Assembly: GCA_005881595.1 (NCBI GenBank)
Contig: VBBY01000003.1
Location: 731 to 64,730 of the forward strand
Direction of reading: 5' to 3'
DNA from: Betaproteobacteria bacterium
GTDB taxonomy: Bacteria; Pseudomonadota; Gammaproteobacteria; Burkholderiales; SG8-39
DNA: 64,000 nt
The notes beneath the pieces are model-generated. The model searched no databases and was not told the origin of the DNA. It saw only the letters and a program-made list of their open reading frames with translations. Made by a program: the position numbers and the translations under genes. Shown here in pieces: positions 46,627-57,586 of the stretch. Positions within the stretch are counted from its first letter, which is position 1. Every line of letters starts with the position of its first letter.

Positions 46627-48021
46627 ATGAGCGGCAGCCGCATCGAGAAGGACAGCTTCGGCCCGATCGAGGTCCCGGCCGATCGGCTGTGGGGCGCACA
46701 GACCGAGCGGTCGCGGCGTTTTTTCCGCATCTCCGGCGAGCGCATGCCGCTCGCCGTGCTGCATGCGCTGGCGCTCGTCAAGAAGGCCGCGGCGGCAGTG
46801 AACGCCCAGCTCGGCTTGCTAGATGGAGCCAAGTCCGAGGCTATTCAGCGCGCGGCCCAGGAGGTGCTCGACGGTAAGCACGACGAGGAGTTCCCGCTGG
46901 TCGTCTGGCAGACCGGCTCGGGCACGCAAAGCAACATGAACGTCAACGAGGTGCTCGCCAACCGCGCTTCGGAGCTGCTCGGCGGCGAGCGCGGCGCTAA
47001 GCGCCTAGTGCATCCGAACGACGACGTCAATCTCGGGCAGTCGTCGAACGACGTGTTCCCTACCGCCATGCACATTGCCGCGGCGCGCGCGCTGCACGGC
47101 GATGTGCTGCCCGCGGTGCAGCGGCTTGCCGCGACGCTCGCGGCCAAGCAGGCCGCCTTCGATCGCATCGTAAAAATCGGCCGCACTCACCTGCAGGACG
47201 CGACCCCTCTCACGCTCGGCCAGGAATTCTCGGGCTACGTCGCCCAGCTCGAGCTGGCATCGCAGGCCATCGGCGACGCATTACCGCGGCTCTATCAGCT
47301 CGCGATCGGCGGAACAGCCGTCGGCACGGGGCTGAACACGCACCCGCAATTCGCCGAGCGCGTCTGCGAACGGATTTCGCGCGACACGGGCCTGCCGTTA
47401 GTATCCGCGCCGAACAAATTCGCGGCGCTTGCGGGGCACGAGCCCCTGGTCTTCGCCCATGGGGCGCTGAAAACGCTCGCCGCCGCCCTCAACAAGCTGG
47501 CAAATGACGTGCGGCTGCTCGCCTCGGGGCCGCGCTCCGGCCTCGGCGAGCTGCGCATCCCGGAAAACGAGCCGGGCAGCTCGATCATGCCGGGGAAGGT
47601 CAATCCTACGCAGGCGGAAGCGCTCACCATGCTGTGCGCCCAGGTGATGGGCAACGACCTCGCGCTCGGCATCGGCGCGGCCTCCGGCCAGCTCGAGCTG
47701 AACGTGTACAAGCCGCTGATCGTGCACGCGTTCCTGCAGAGCGCGCGGCTTCTCGCCGACGGCTCGCGTTCTTTCGACGAGCACTGTGCACGCGGAATCG
47801 AAGCCGATGAGGCCCGCATCCGCGAGCTGGTGGAGCGCTCGCTGATGCTGGTCACGGCGCTGTCACCGCACATCGGTTATGACCGCGCCGCGGAAATCGC
47901 CAAGCAGGCGCATCGGGACGGCACCACATTGCGCGAGGCGGCGCTCGCGCTGGGCTACGTCAAGGCCGACGATTTCGACCGCTGGGTGCGTCCTGAGGCG
48001 ATGATCGGCCCCGGGTCATGA
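46627..48021 (+). CDS. fumC: Class II fumarate hydratase
   Basis: [23 protein letters not shown] and [11 protein letters not shown] motifs. Confidence 0.97.
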   Translation: MSGSRIEKDSFGPIEVPADRLWGAQTERSRRFFRISGERMPLAVLHALALVKKAAAAVNAQLGLLDGAKSEAIQRAAQEVLDGKHDEEFPLVVWQTGSGTQSNMNVNEVLANRASELLGGERGAKRLVHPNDDVNLGQSSNDVFPTAMHIAAARALHGDVLPAVQRLAATLAAKQAAFDRIVKIGRTHLQDATPLTLGQEFSGYVAQLELASQAIGDALPRLYQLAIGGTAVGTGLNTHPQFAERVCERISRDTGLPLVSAPNKFAALAGHEPLVFAHGALKTLAAALNKLANDVRLLASGPRSGLGELRIPENEPGSSIMPGKVNPTQAEALTMLCAQVMGNDLALGIGAASGQLELNVYKPLIVHAFLQSARLLADGSRSFDEHCARGIEADEARIRELVERSLMLVTALSPHIGYDRAAEIAKQAHRDGTTLREAALALGYVKADDFDRWVRPEAMIGPGS

Positions 48022-48052
48022 ATCGACGCGGCTTTTTTCTTTCAAGCGATTC

Positions 48053-48667
48053 ATGTCCGTAGCGGTGCTCATTTCCGGCCGGGGCAGCAACCTGCAAGCG
48101 CTGCTCGATGCCGGGCTGCCGATCACCACGGTCATCAGCAACGAAGCCGAAGCCAAGGGCCTCGAAACCGCGGCCGCGCGGGGCGTGGCGACCCGGATCG
48201 TCGAGCATCGCCGTTTTTCGAGCCGGGAGGCATTCGACGCCGCGCTCGCCGGCGAGATCGACCGCGCTGCTCCGCAATTGATCGCGCTGGCAGGATTCAT
48301 GCGGGTGCTCACGCCCGGGTTCGTGGCGCGCTACAAGGAGAGGCTGCTCAATATTCATCCGTCCTTGCTGCCCGCGTTCCCCGGCCTGCGCACCCATGAG
48401 CGCGTGCTCGCCGCCGGGGCGAAGGTGCATGGCTGCAGCGTCCATTTCGTCACGGCGGAGCTAGATCACGGGCCGATCGTCATTCAGGCCGCGGTGCCGG
48501 TGCGCAGCCAAGACACGGCCGAAACGCTCGCTGCGCGCGTGCTGCGGCAGGAGCATGTGATCTATCCGCGCGCCGTGCGCTGGTTTCTCGAGGACAGGCT
48601 AGTCATCGAAGCTAACCGGGTCCGCGTTAAGGGTAACGATGCGCAACTGGTTTTTGCTGCTGATTAG
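48053..48667 (+). CDS. purN: Phosphoribosylglycinamide formyltransferase
   Basis: ISGRGSNL, LAGFMR, NIHPSLLP, HGCSVH and LDHGP motifs. Confidence 0.96.
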   Translation: MSVAVLISGRGSNLQALLDAGLPITTVISNEAEAKGLETAAARGVATRIVEHRRFSSREAFDAALAGEIDRAAPQLIALAGFMRVLTPGFVARYKERLLNIHPSLLPAFPGLRTHERVLAAGAKVHGCSVHFVTAELDHGPIVIQAAVPVRSQDTAETLAARVLRQEHVIYPRAVRWFLEDRLVIEANRVRVKGNDAQLVFAAD

Positions 48668-49313
48668 CGTCGCGGCGCTTGCGCAGGCCGCGCCGCCGGC
48701 GCGCGTCGAGATCGACTACGAGGTCACGCGTAACGGCATGGCGCTTGCCGACATCGAGCATCGCTTCGAGCACACCGGCGGCGCATACCAGCTCACCGAG
48801 ACCTGGAGGGGCCGTGGCCTGTTCTACCTCCGCGGGAAGATCAGGCGGGAGAGCCGCGGTGCGATCACGGCGCATGGCTTGCAGCCGCTGGAATACTCGG
48901 ACAAGCGCACCGGGCGCGACACGGAGCGCGCGACCTTCGACTGGAACGCAAAGACTGTCACCGTGCAATACCAGGGAGACCCGAAAATCCTCCCGCTGCC
49001 GCCGCATTCCCACGACCGGCTGGCTTTTTTTTACCAGTTTGCGTTCGTTCCGCCCCAGGCTGGGCAGGTAGCCCTCGATGTAATCGACGGGAAAGGGATT
49101 TCCGATCAGCTATATAGCGTCGAAAACGGCGAGCGGCTGGTCACGCCGGCGGGCGCATTCGACACCGTCAAGCTGGTTCGCCGCAAGGAAAACAATGAAC
49201 GCGCCGAGCTCTGGCTGGCGAGGGAGCGCGATTTTCTTCCCGTACGGCTGCTCATCGTCGGAAAGGACGGTACGCGCCTAGATCAGGTCGCCACCCGAAT
49301 TTCGTCTCCGTGA
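48639..49313 (+). CDS. DUF3108 domain exported protein
   Basis: Signal peptide, TPAGAFDT and LWLARE; sits in the purN-rsmB context. Confidence 0.85.
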   Translation: MRNWFLLLISVAALAQAAPPARVEIDYEVTRNGMALADIEHRFEHTGGAYQLTETWRGRGLFYLRGKIRRESRGAITAHGLQPLEYSDKRTGRDTERATFDWNAKTVTVQYQGDPKILPLPPHSHDRLAFFYQFAFVPPQAGQVALDVIDGKGISDQLYSVENGERLVTPAGAFDTVKLVRRKENNERAELWLARERDFLPVRLLIVGKDGTRLDQVATRISSP

Positions 49314-50554
49314 GGGTTACACGAGCGCTTCTGGCGCAGGCGAGCGCCGCGCTTTCAAGCCTTCTTGAGCTTTCGCGCCCCGCCGACGAAGCGCTTTCGC
49401 TGTTCTTCCGCGGCCACCGCAGTCTCGGTCAGCACGACCGGGCATTCATCGCCGAGACCGCGTTTGCCGCATTGCGCCGCAGGCGCTCGCTCGAAGCGGC
49501 CGCCGGTTCCGCCGCGCCGGATGCCCTGCTTGCGGCAGCGCTGCTGCGCATCATCGGCCTGTCCGGGCGGGCGCTCGAAGGCCTCGTTGACGAGAAGCTG
49601 GTGGCGCGGATCCGTGCCGCGGGCGCGGAGTCCTTTCCCGCGGCGGTGCGCGCGGATCTGCCCGACTGGCTATGGGACCGGCTGGTAGCCGGTCGCGGCG
49701 ATGCCGAGGCCATGCGCATCGCACAGGGCATGCTCAATGCAGCGCCGCTCGATTTGCGCGTCAACGTAGCGCGCGTGACGCGCGACGCGGTGCTGGCTCG
49801 CCTGGGCGAGGATGAAATCGCAGCTTCGACGACACCGTATTCCCCTGCAGGCATCCGCCTGTCGGGAAAGCCGCCCGTCAACCGCCATCCTCTGTTCCGC
49901 GACGGGTTGATCGAGGTGCAGGACGAGGGCAGCCAGCTGCTTGCCTGGCTGCTTGCACCGCGCCGCGGCGAGATGGTGGCCGATTACTGCGCGGGAGCAG
50001 GTGGAAAAACGCTCGCGATGGCGATGCTGATGCGGGGCACCGGGCGCATCTACGCGCTGGACGTCTCGGCGAAGCGGCTCGCTGCGCTCGCGCCGCGCGC
50101 CGCGCGTGCGAGCGTCAGCAATGTGCATGCGATAGTGCTCTCCGGCGAGAGCGATACGCGCGCCAAGCGCCTCGCCGGCAAGCTCGATCGAGTGCTGGTC
50201 GACGCGCCCTGCAGCGGTTTCGGCACCCTGCGGCGCAATCCAGACCTCAAATGGCGGCACGGACCTGAAGCGGTCGCTGAGCTCGCCCAAAAGCAGCACC
50301 GCATCCTCGCCGCCGCGGCCCGGCTGGTGAAGCCGGGCGGGCGGCTCGTGTATGCAACCTGCAGCATTCTGCCGGATGAAAACGAGGCTGTCGCGGACGC
50401 GTTTTGCTCCGCGCATCCCGAGTTCACGCCCCTGCCATGCAATGAATTGCTTGCCGCCCAGCGAATCCCGCTGGACACCGGGGAGCGGCTGCGACTCTGG
50501 CCGCACATCCACGGCACCGACGGCTTCTTCGCCGCAGCCTTCCAGCGGCGCTGA
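49310..50554 (+). CDS. rsmB: RsmB/NOP family RNA m5C methyltransferase
   Basis: VQDEGSQ, DYCAGAGGKT, VDAPCSG, YATCS and TDGFF motifs. Confidence 0.9.
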   Translation: MRVTRALLAQASAALSSLLELSRPADEALSLFFRGHRSLGQHDRAFIAETAFAALRRRRSLEAAAGSAAPDALLAAALLRIIGLSGRALEGLVDEKLVARIRAAGAESFPAAVRADLPDWLWDRLVAGRGDAEAMRIAQGMLNAAPLDLRVNVARVTRDAVLARLGEDEIAASTTPYSPAGIRLSGKPPVNRHPLFRDGLIEVQDEGSQLLAWLLAPRRGEMVADYCAGAGGKTLAMAMLMRGTGRIYALDVSAKRLAALAPRAARASVSNVHAIVLSGESDTRAKRLAGKLDRVLVDAPCSGFGTLRRNPDLKWRHGPEAVAELAQKQHRILAAAARLVKPGGRLVYATCSILPDENEAVADAFCSAHPEFTPLPCNELLAAQRIPLDTGERLRLWPHIHGTDGFFAAAFQRR

Positions 50555-50583
50555 CAACGCGGGATTTGCTATATTCGCGCCCG

Positions 50584-51885
50584 ATGCGAGGCTTGGCCTG
50601 CATAGCGATTCTCTGCGCGAGCCCGGCCTTCGCTGGCGACTCGCCCGAGTCCGCGCCGGACGTCCGTGGACAGGCTACCTACATCCGGCAATACAAGCCG
50701 CCCTTCCCTGCGGCGTACAGCGGTCCCCATAGCTTGGACCCCGACAGGGCATGGAGTTACACGCTTACTGGGACGCTTTTCTTCGGCGCACGGCTGGGGG
50801 ACGCGACGGAGCTCTATTTCAATCCGGAGTTCGTTCAGGGACTGGCGTTTTCGGAGTTGCTGGGGACGGGTGGCTTTACCAACGGCGAGATCCAGCGCAC
50901 GACAGGACAACAGTTGAGAGGCTACCGGGCGCGGCTTTTCGCGCGTCACACCTGGAACCTCGGCGGCGAGATCGAGGACAAGGAGTCGGATCTGAACCAG
51001 GTGAGGACACGCTACGCAGCCGAGCGCTTTGTCCTCACCGCGGGAAACCTGTCGGTGTTAGATGTCTTCGACGTGCTGGAATACAGCCACGATCCGCGCA
51101 CCCAGTTCATGAACTGGTCTTCGCTCACATACGGCGCGTGGGATTTCCCTGCTGATGCGCGCGGCTACACGTGGGGAGTCGCCGCCGAATACATTACGCC
51201 GCGCTTCCAAGCGCGCGCCGGGCGTTTCCTCGTGCCGGTGGAGTCGAATGGGCTGCGCCTGGAACACAGCATCGTCCGGCGCTATGGCGATGTCGCCGAG
51301 TTCGAATTGCCGTACAAGCTTGCCAGCAGACCTGCCGTCGCGCGCGTGCTAGCGTTCCGCAATCGCGTTACCGCTGGCGAATTCGACGACGCGATCGCCC
51401 TGGGCAGGGCTGCGGCAGCCACGCCGGACGTGGCGTCGGTGCGCCGGGCCGAGTTCAAGAGGGGCCTCGGGGTAAGTACACAGGTCGAGATCAGGCAAGA
51501 TGTCGGCGCGTACGTGCGCGCGGGCTGGAGTGACGGCAAGACCGAGGCTTTCATGTTCACGGAAATTGATCGTTCGCTCGCGGCGGGTACGCTCATTAAA
51601 GGGAGCGGATGGAGTCGTCCCGAAGACACCGTAGGGATCGCGGCTTACATCAATGGGCTTTCGCGGTCGCATCGCGATTATCTCGCCGCGGGCGGGCTGG
51701 GCTTCTTCCTTGGCGACGGGCGCTTGAATTACGCCACGGAGCAGATCCTCGAACTCTTTTACAGCTTGGCGGTCGTGAAGAAGACGTACCTCTCCCTCGG
51801 ATATCAGCGCATCGCGAACCCGGGCTATAACCGCGACCGCGGCCCGGCGGACTTTTTCAGTTTTCGGTTCCATGCAGAGCTGTAG
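50584..51885 (+). CDS. OprB-like/MnoP-like outer-membrane porin
   Basis: Signal peptide, GQATYI, NPEFVQG, FMNW, FPADARGYTWG and NPGYNRDRGP; amphipathic beta pattern. Confidence 0.8.
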   Translation: MRGLACIAILCASPAFAGDSPESAPDVRGQATYIRQYKPPFPAAYSGPHSLDPDRAWSYTLTGTLFFGARLGDATELYFNPEFVQGLAFSELLGTGGFTNGEIQRTTGQQLRGYRARLFARHTWNLGGEIEDKESDLNQVRTRYAAERFVLTAGNLSVLDVFDVLEYSHDPRTQFMNWSSLTYGAWDFPADARGYTWGVAAEYITPRFQARAGRFLVPVESNGLRLEHSIVRRYGDVAEFELPYKLASRPAVARVLAFRNRVTAGEFDDAIALGRAAAATPDVASVRRAEFKRGLGVSTQVEIRQDVGAYVRAGWSDGKTEAFMFTEIDRSLAAGTLIKGSGWSRPEDTVGIAAYINGLSRSHRDYLAAGGLGFFLGDGRLNYATEQILELFYSLAVVKKTYLSLGYQRIANPGYNRDRGPADFFSFRFHAEL

Positions 51886-52000
51886 ATGTGAATAAATTCC
51901 TCTTTCCGCAAGAAGAACTTACATATCTTTGGGACTCTGCACCCCCCAATTCGCGTAGAATGGCAGCGTCTACATAATCATTAATTTACTCAAACTGACG

Positions 52001-53170
52001 CTGTTTTCCGGTCTGCTGGATCTCCCCTGGTGGGGTTACGTGCTGGCCGCGCTGGCACTGACACACGTCACCATCGCGGCGGTCACGATCTATCTCCACC
52101 GCTGCCAGGCGCATCGCGCGCTCGAGCTGCATCCGCTCATATCGCACTTCTTCCGCTTCTGGCTGTGGCTCACGACCGGCATGGTCACCAAGGAATGGGC
52201 CGCCATCCATCGCAAGCACCATGCCAAGTGCGAAACCGTCGAGGATCCGCACAGCCCGCAGATTTACGGGATCAATCGCGTGCTGTGGGCTGGGGTGTTC
52301 CTGTATGTGAAGGAGTCGTTCAACAAGGAAACGCTGGAGCGCTATGGACACGGTACGCCGGACGACTGGATGGAGCGCAACCTGTATACCCGGTGCTCGG
52401 TCTTCGGCGTGTTCTTGATGCTCGCAACTGACCTGCTGCTCTTCGGAGTGGTGCCCGGTGTCCTTATCTGGCTGGCGCAGATCGCGTGGATCCCGTTCTG
52501 GGCAGCGGGCGTGATCAACGGCGTCGGCCACTTCTTTGGCTATCGCAGCTATGACGTTGCCGACGCGAGCACCAATATCGTCCCCTGGGGGATCCTCATC
52601 GGCGGCGAGGAATTGCACAACAACCACCATGCTTTCGCCTCGTCGGCCAAGCTGTCTTCGAAATGGTACGAGATCGATGTCGGCTGGATGTACATCTGCG
52701 TCCTGCAGGCGCTTGGGCTGGCGACGGTAAAAAAGCTCGCGCCCAAGCCGCGTTTCGCGCGTCCCAAAGCCGCTGCCGACCTCGAAACGCTGCACGCCGT
52801 GATCTCCAACCGGTATGACGTGCTGTCGCGTTATGCCAAGTCAGTGCGCCGCACCTATGCCGAAGAGATCGAGCGGTTGAAGCATTGGTCGCCGCGCGAC
52901 GCAGAGGTGCTGCACTCGCTGCGGCGGGCGCTTATCCGTGGACAAGCGCTTGCCGGCGCCGAGCGCGCGAGGCTGGCCGAGGCGCTGAAGACATCTCGTG
53001 CCCTCGCAACGGTCGTCGCGATGCGCCACGAGCTGGTCGCGCTATGGGAACGCTCGAGCGCGTCCAAAGAGCAACTGCTTCGGCAGTTGCAGGACTGGTG
53101 TCGCCGCGCCGAGGCCAGCGGCATCACGTCACTGGTGGATTTCTCGCAGCGCCTGCGCTCGTACGCCTAG
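52001..53170 (+). CDS. Fatty acid (acyl) desaturase, DesA-like; probable non-canonical start at CTG52001
   Basis: His boxes HRCQAH, HRKHH and HNNHH; LFSGLLDLPWWGY lies upstream of GTG52040. Confidence 0.88.
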   Translation: MFSGLLDLPWWGYVLAALALTHVTIAAVTIYLHRCQAHRALELHPLISHFFRFWLWLTTGMVTKEWAAIHRKHHAKCETVEDPHSPQIYGINRVLWAGVFLYVKESFNKETLERYGHGTPDDWMERNLYTRCSVFGVFLMLATDLLLFGVVPGVLIWLAQIAWIPFWAAGVINGVGHFFGYRSYDVADASTNIVPWGILIGGEELHNNHHAFASSAKLSSKWYEIDVGWMYICVLQALGLATVKKLAPKPRFARPKAAADLETLHAVISNRYDVLSRYAKSVRRTYAEEIERLKHWSPRDAEVLHSLRRALIRGQALAGAERARLAEALKTSRALATVVAMRHELVALWERSSASKEQLLRQLQDWCRRAEASGITSLVDFSQRLRSYA

Positions 53171-53186
53171 CTGTTAGGGCGCTTCT

Positions 53187-53342
53187 TTATTTCAGCTTCG
53201 TTTCCTTGTAAAGCACGTGTTTTCGGGCTTTGGGATCGTACTTCTTGATCTCCAGCTTGTCGGGCGTAGTGCGCTTGTTCTTGGTTGTTGTGTAGAAGTG
53301 ACCGGTCCCGGCCGATGACTCGAGCTTGATTTTTTCGCGCAT
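53187..53342 (-). CDS. rpmG: 50S ribosomal protein L33 (no Cys)
   Basis: [51 protein letters not shown]; too short for the ORF track. Confidence 0.97.
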   Translation of the reverse strand: MREKIKLESSAGTGHFYTTTKNKRTTPDKLEIKKYDPKARKHVLYKETKLK

Positions 53343-53351
53343 GGTTCCTCC

Positions 53352-53591
53352 TTATGCCCTGGCCTTGGCTTTCGCCTTGATCTCGGCGAGAACCGCCTCG
53401 ACCCCGAGCTTGTCAATGCGGCGCAGCCCGGCGGTCGATACCCGCAGGCGGACCCAGCGGTTCTGGCTTTCCAACCAGAAGCGGCGGTAATGCAGGTTGG
53501 GCTGGAAGCTGCGGATCGTCTTGTTATTGGCGTGCGACACGAGGTGGCCCTTCATGGGCTTCTTGCCGGTGACTTGGCAGACGCGGGACAT
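53352..53591 (-). CDS. rpmB: 50S ribosomal protein L28
   Basis: [23 protein letters not shown] and LRVST motifs. Confidence 0.97.
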   Translation of the reverse strand: MSRVCQVTGKKPMKGHLVSHANNKTIRSFQPNLHYRRFWLESQNRWVRLRVSTAGLRRIDKLGVEAVLAEIKAKAKARA

Positions 53592-53625
53592 CGGACTCTC
53601 CGGAACGGCAAAGGCGCGGATTCTA

Positions 53626-54297
53626 CTACAACAATCCCCGCTCGGCGAAGGACAGAGCATGGTTGCCGGCGACGATGAAGTGGTCGAGGACCTTCACGTC
53701 CACGAGCGCCAAAGCTTCTTTGAGGCTACGTGTGAGCAGCTCATCGGCCTGGCTCGGCTGCGCGGCGCCGGACGGATGGTTATGAGCGAAGATCACGGCG
53801 GCGGCGTTGGCAGCGAGCGCCGCCTTCACAATTTCCCGCGGGTAGACGCTGGTTTGCGTCAGTGTGCCGCGGAACGGCTCGTCGAATTTGATGACGCGGT
53901 GCTGCACATCAAGCCAGATGCACACGAAGACCTCGTGCAGCTTTCCTCCCAAGGCAAGCCGCAAGTAATCGCGCACTGCCCCGGGAGAATTCAGGGCCGC
54001 CCCTGATTGGAGCTTCTCTTCAATCGAGCGGCGGGCGAGTTCAATCGCGGCCGCGAATTGCGCGCGCTTGGCGTCCCCGAGACCTTTCACCTTCGCGAGC
54101 TCGTCCCCTGCGCTGAACAATCCCGTGAGTCCATCGAACTGTTCGAGAAGCTCCCGCGCGAGCTCCACTGCGCTTTTGCCGCGCAGCCCGGTACGCAGCA
54201 GCACGGCAAGTAGCTCCGCATCGCTCAATATTGAGGCGCCCTTGGCGAGCAGCCGCTCGCGCGGCCGTTCGGCGATGGGCCAGTCCGAAATCGCCAT
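53626..54297 (-). CDS. radC: RadC (YicR/UPF0758) JAB-domain protein
   Basis: [20 protein letters not shown] and HNHPSG...SQAD motifs; canonical radC-rpmB-rpmG synteny. Confidence 0.95.
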   Translation of the reverse strand: MAISDWPIAERPRERLLAKGASILSDAELLAVLLRTGLRGKSAVELARELLEQFDGLTGLFSAGDELAKVKGLGDAKRAQFAAAIELARRSIEEKLQSGAALNSPGAVRDYLRLALGGKLHEVFVCIWLDVQHRVIKFDEPFRGTLTQTSVYPREIVKAALAANAAAVIFAHNHPSGAAQPSQADELLTRSLKEALALVDVKVLDHFIVAGNHALSFAERGLL

Positions 54298-54358
54298 ACC
54301 GGGGCGTTTCCCTTAGAATCGACTTCCCTGATAACGCGGCCGGCACGCGCCCGATGAC

Positions 54359-55549
54359 ATGTTGAAAGGCAAGCGTATCCTGCTCGGCATCGCCGGCGGA
54401 ATCGCTGCCTACAAGGCGGCTATGCTCGCGCGCCTGCTGGTCCGCGCCGGCGCCGACGTGCGCGTAGCGATGACCGAGGCGGCGACCCGCTTGGTGACCC
54501 CAGTGACCTTCCAGGCGCTATCCAATCAGCCGGTCTGGAGCGACTTGTGGGACCAGCGCGTGCCCGACGCCATGGGTCACATAGAGCTGTCCCGCGACCG
54601 CGAGCTGATCGTCGTGGCGCCTGCGAGCGCGGACTTCATGGCGAAAGTGGCGCACGGCCTTGCCGACGACCTGCTTTCCACCCTTTGCGTCGCCAGGCGC
54701 TGCCCGCTGATGCTCGCGCCGGCAATGAACGTCGAGATGTGGGAGAACGCGGCGACGCAACGCAACCTGGGGGTGCTGCGCGACGACGGCGTGCTGATCG
54801 AGGGTCCGGTGGCAGGCGACCAGGCGTGCGGCGAAACCGGTTACGGCCGAATGCTCGAGCCGGCGCAGATCGCAGCCGGGATCGAGGCCTTCTTTGCTCC
54901 CAAGCGGCTTGCGGGCAAACGCGTGCTCGTGACGGCGGGTCCGACCGAGGAGCCCATCGACCCGGTCCGGGTGCTGACCAACGCGAGCTCCGGGAAAATG
55001 GGCTACGCGGTGGCGCGCGCCGCCCAGGAAGCCGGCGCCGAAGTCACCTTGGTGAGTGGCCCGGTGTCACTGGCAACGCCTGCCGGGGTGGCGCGGATAG
55101 ACGTGCGCACGGCGCAGGAGATGTTCGAAGCGGTCAAGAAACGCGCGCCGTCGAGCGACGTGTTCATCTCCGTGGCCGCCGTGGCCGATTACAAGGCGAA
55201 GAACCCCTCGACGCAGAAGATCAAGAAGGCGAACGGCCGCCCCGTGACCCTCGAGCTTGAGGAGAATCCCGACATCCTCGCCTACGTGGCCGGAATGAAA
55301 AACGGCCCGTTCTGCGTCGGCTTCGCCGCCGAAAGCGAGAAGTTGGACCAGCATGCGAAGGAAAAGCGGGCCACGAAAAACCTGCCCTTGCTGGCGGCCA
55401 ATCTGGTGCAGGATGCCCTCGGAGCCGATACGAACTCGATCGTCCTTTACGACGATCGCGGCGAGCACCCGCTTGGTACGGGTGCCAAGCTCGAGCTGGC
55501 GCGCAAGCTCGTCGAGCATGTCGCCGGCATGCTGCCGCAGAAGAAATGA
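54359..55549 (+). CDS. coaBC: Bifunctional phosphopantothenoylcysteine decarboxylase/ligase
   Basis: [32 protein letters not shown] and GFAAE motifs. Confidence 0.97.
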   Translation: MLKGKRILLGIAGGIAAYKAAMLARLLVRAGADVRVAMTEAATRLVTPVTFQALSNQPVWSDLWDQRVPDAMGHIELSRDRELIVVAPASADFMAKVAHGLADDLLSTLCVARRCPLMLAPAMNVEMWENAATQRNLGVLRDDGVLIEGPVAGDQACGETGYGRMLEPAQIAAGIEAFFAPKRLAGKRVLVTAGPTEEPIDPVRVLTNASSGKMGYAVARAAQEAGAEVTLVSGPVSLATPAGVARIDVRTAQEMFEAVKKRAPSSDVFISVAAVADYKAKNPSTQKIKKANGRPVTLELEENPDILAYVAGMKNGPFCVGFAAESEKLDQHAKEKRATKNLPLLAANLVQDALGADTNSIVLYDDRGEHPLGTGAKLELARKLVEHVAGMLPQKK

Positions 55550-55992
55550 GGCGGCTCGAGCTCAAGATCCTCGACGAGAGGATTCGCAGCATGCTGCCGC
55601 ATTACGCGACGGCCGGAGCGGCCGGCCTGGACCTGCGCGCCTGCATCGCTGCGCCGCTCACGCTGCATCCGGGGGACAGCCACCTGGTGCGCGCGGGAAT
55701 CGCGATTCATCTCGGCGATCCTGGCTATGCAGCGATGCTCCTGCCGCGCTCCGGTCTCGCCTCGAAGCACGGCATCGTGCTCGGCAACCTGGTCGGCTTG
55801 ATCGATTCAGACTATCAGGGCGAAGTGCTGGTCTCGGTGTGGAACCGCGGCAAGAGCGCATTCACCATCCAGCCGCTCGACCGCATCGCCCAACTGGTCG
55901 TGGTCCCGGTGGTCCAGGTCGAGTTCAAAGTGGTCGAGGAGTTCGCCGCCAGCTCGCGCGGCGCGGGCGGCTTCGGCAGCACCGGGCGCTAG
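55546..55992 (+). CDS. dut: dUTP pyrophosphatase
   Basis: [24 protein letters not shown] and [10 protein letters not shown] motifs. Confidence 0.97.
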   Translation: MRRLELKILDERIRSMLPHYATAGAAGLDLRACIAAPLTLHPGDSHLVRAGIAIHLGDPGYAAMLLPRSGLASKHGIVLGNLVGLIDSDYQGEVLVSVWNRGKSAFTIQPLDRIAQLVVVPVVQVEFKVVEEFAASSRGAGGFGSTGR

Positions 55993-57239
55993 CTCAGCAT
56001 GTCGGCCCAGATGTTCTGGGCCCAGGCCCAGGCGTACTGACCCTCGAGCTCGGAGCGGGCGCTGGAGACGCCGCCTGTCCCCTTCACCGGAAGCAGCGTG
56101 CCCTGACCGGCGTCCCATTGGTGCACCGACGCGACATGGATCACTTCCTTGTCCGACACGAAGCTGTAGCAGGTGTTGTTCATCACCGGGCTGGGATTGG
56201 GCTCGCGCCCATTGAGGAGCGCGACCACGGCGTCCGCGCACACCTTCGCGTGCTGGTTGGCCATGTGCCCGGATTTCGGCATGGCGGAGGCCGACAGCGT
56301 CGAATCGCCGAGCACATGCACGCCCTTGACCGCCTTGGACTCGAGCGTCCGCCAGTCGACGTCGCACCAGCGGTTGTTGTGCGTGATCAGGCCCGCTTTA
56401 ACGGCGATGTCGCCGGCGCGGTGCGGCGGGACGACGTTGAGGACGTCGCCGCGGACGCTGTCGAACTCCAGCTTCACCGCCATGGCCCCGGGATCGATGC
56501 CGACGGCCTTCTGTCCGGGGCGATACTCGACGATCCCCTTGTAGAGATCCTCCCACGCGCGCTTGAACAGCGGACCTTTGGACATCACGTCCGGATTGGC
56601 GTCGAGCACCAGCACCTTCGAACGCGGCTTTGCCTGCTTGAAGTAGCTCGCTACCTGGCAGGTGCGCTCGTACGGGCCCGGCGGGCAGCGGTACGGCGCG
56701 GTCGGTACAGATAGCACGTAGACGCCGCCGTCCTTCATCGCGACCAGCTGCTTGCGCAGCGCTACGGTCTGCGACCCGGCTTTCCAGGCGTGGAGAACGC
56801 GCCCGGAGTTCATCGCGTCGACGTAGCCCTCGACTTCGCCGAAGAGGAAATCCACTCCGGGCGACACGATGAGCCGGTCGTAGGTCAGGTCGCCGCCGCG
56901 CTGCAGCCGCACCACTTTTTTCGCGGCGTCGACAGCCGCAGCTTCGTCGTTCACGATTTGCACGCCATGCGTGCGCAGGCCATCGTAGCCGCGGCGGATA
57001 TCGTCCATGCTCCGGTACCCGCCCAGCACGAGGTTTGAGAGCGGGCAGGAAGTAAAGACATTCTCGCGCTCGACCATCACCACCTCGATCGAGGGGTCCC
57101 ACAGCCGGATGTACTTGGCAGCGGTGGCGCCGCCGTAGCCCCCGCCGATCACGACGACGCGAGCCTTCGACGCTGCCGTGCCCGCGCAGCCGGCGAGCGA
57201 CAATGCGCCGGCAAGCTTCAGGAAATCTCTGCGTTTCAT
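55989..57239 (-). CDS. fccB: Flavocytochrome c sulfide dehydrogenase flavoprotein (FccB/SoxF)
   Basis: Tat motif [33 protein letters not shown] and NTCYS. Confidence 0.9.
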   Translation of the reverse strand: MKRRDFLKLAGALSLAGCAGTAASKARVVVIGGGYGGATAAKYIRLWDPSIEVVMVERENVFTSCPLSNLVLGGYRSMDDIRRGYDGLRTHGVQIVNDEAAAVDAAKKVVRLQRGGDLTYDRLIVSPGVDFLFGEVEGYVDAMNSGRVLHAWKAGSQTVALRKQLVAMKDGGVYVLSVPTAPYRCPPGPYERTCQVASYFKQAKPRSKVLVLDANPDVMSKGPLFKRAWEDLYKGIVEYRPGQKAVGIDPGAMAVKLEFDSVRGDVLNVVPPHRAGDIAVKAGLITHNNRWCDVDWRTLESKAVKGVHVLGDSTLSASAMPKSGHMANQHAKVCADAVVALLNGREPNPSPVMNNTCYSFVSDKEVIHVASVHQWDAGQGTLLPVKGTGGVSSARSELEGQYAWAWAQNIWADMLS

Positions 57240-57246
57240 GATCGCC

Positions 57247-57549
57247 TCATTTCTTCTGCGCCGAGAGGTACCCGGCAAGCAGGTCGATCTGCGCGTCGGT
57301 ATAGCCCTTGGCGATCTGGTGCATTACGGTGGCGGGCCGCTTGCCCTCCTGGAAGGCCTTCATCTGCGACACCAGGAACTCCTTCGGCTGCCCGGCGAGC
57401 GCGGGGACCTCCCTGGTCGCGCTGCGCCCATCGGTGCCGTGGCAGTTGGCGCAGGTGGCAGCCAGGCTGCGCGCGACGGCGCTGTCCTGGGCGTTGGCGG
57501 CGAACGCTGCGCACGTCAGTACCGCCCCAAGTGGGATTCTAGGAATCAT
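57247..57549 (-). CDS. fccA: Monoheme cytochrome c subunit (FccA-like)
   Basis: Signal peptide, CANCH, LAG and TVMHQIAKGY; directly upstream of fccB. Confidence 0.88.
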   Translation of the reverse strand: MIPRIPLGAVLTCAAFAANAQDSAVARSLAATCANCHGTDGRSATREVPALAGQPKEFLVSQMKAFQEGKRPATVMHQIAKGYTDAQIDLLAGYLSAQKK

Positions 57550-57586
57550 TTGGGCTCCTCCCAGTTGCAACCCAAAAATCAAGGGG

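Noticed and set aside
52780-53170. Transposase remnant in the desaturase C-terminus
   Set aside because: In frame and helical, with no IS ends or DDE motif; from recall, this tail is a normal part of betaproteobacterial DesA proteins.
53626-54297. radC as a mobile-element or anti-defence marker
   Set aside because: Full-length form in the standard coaBC/radC/rpmB/rpmG chromosomal context.
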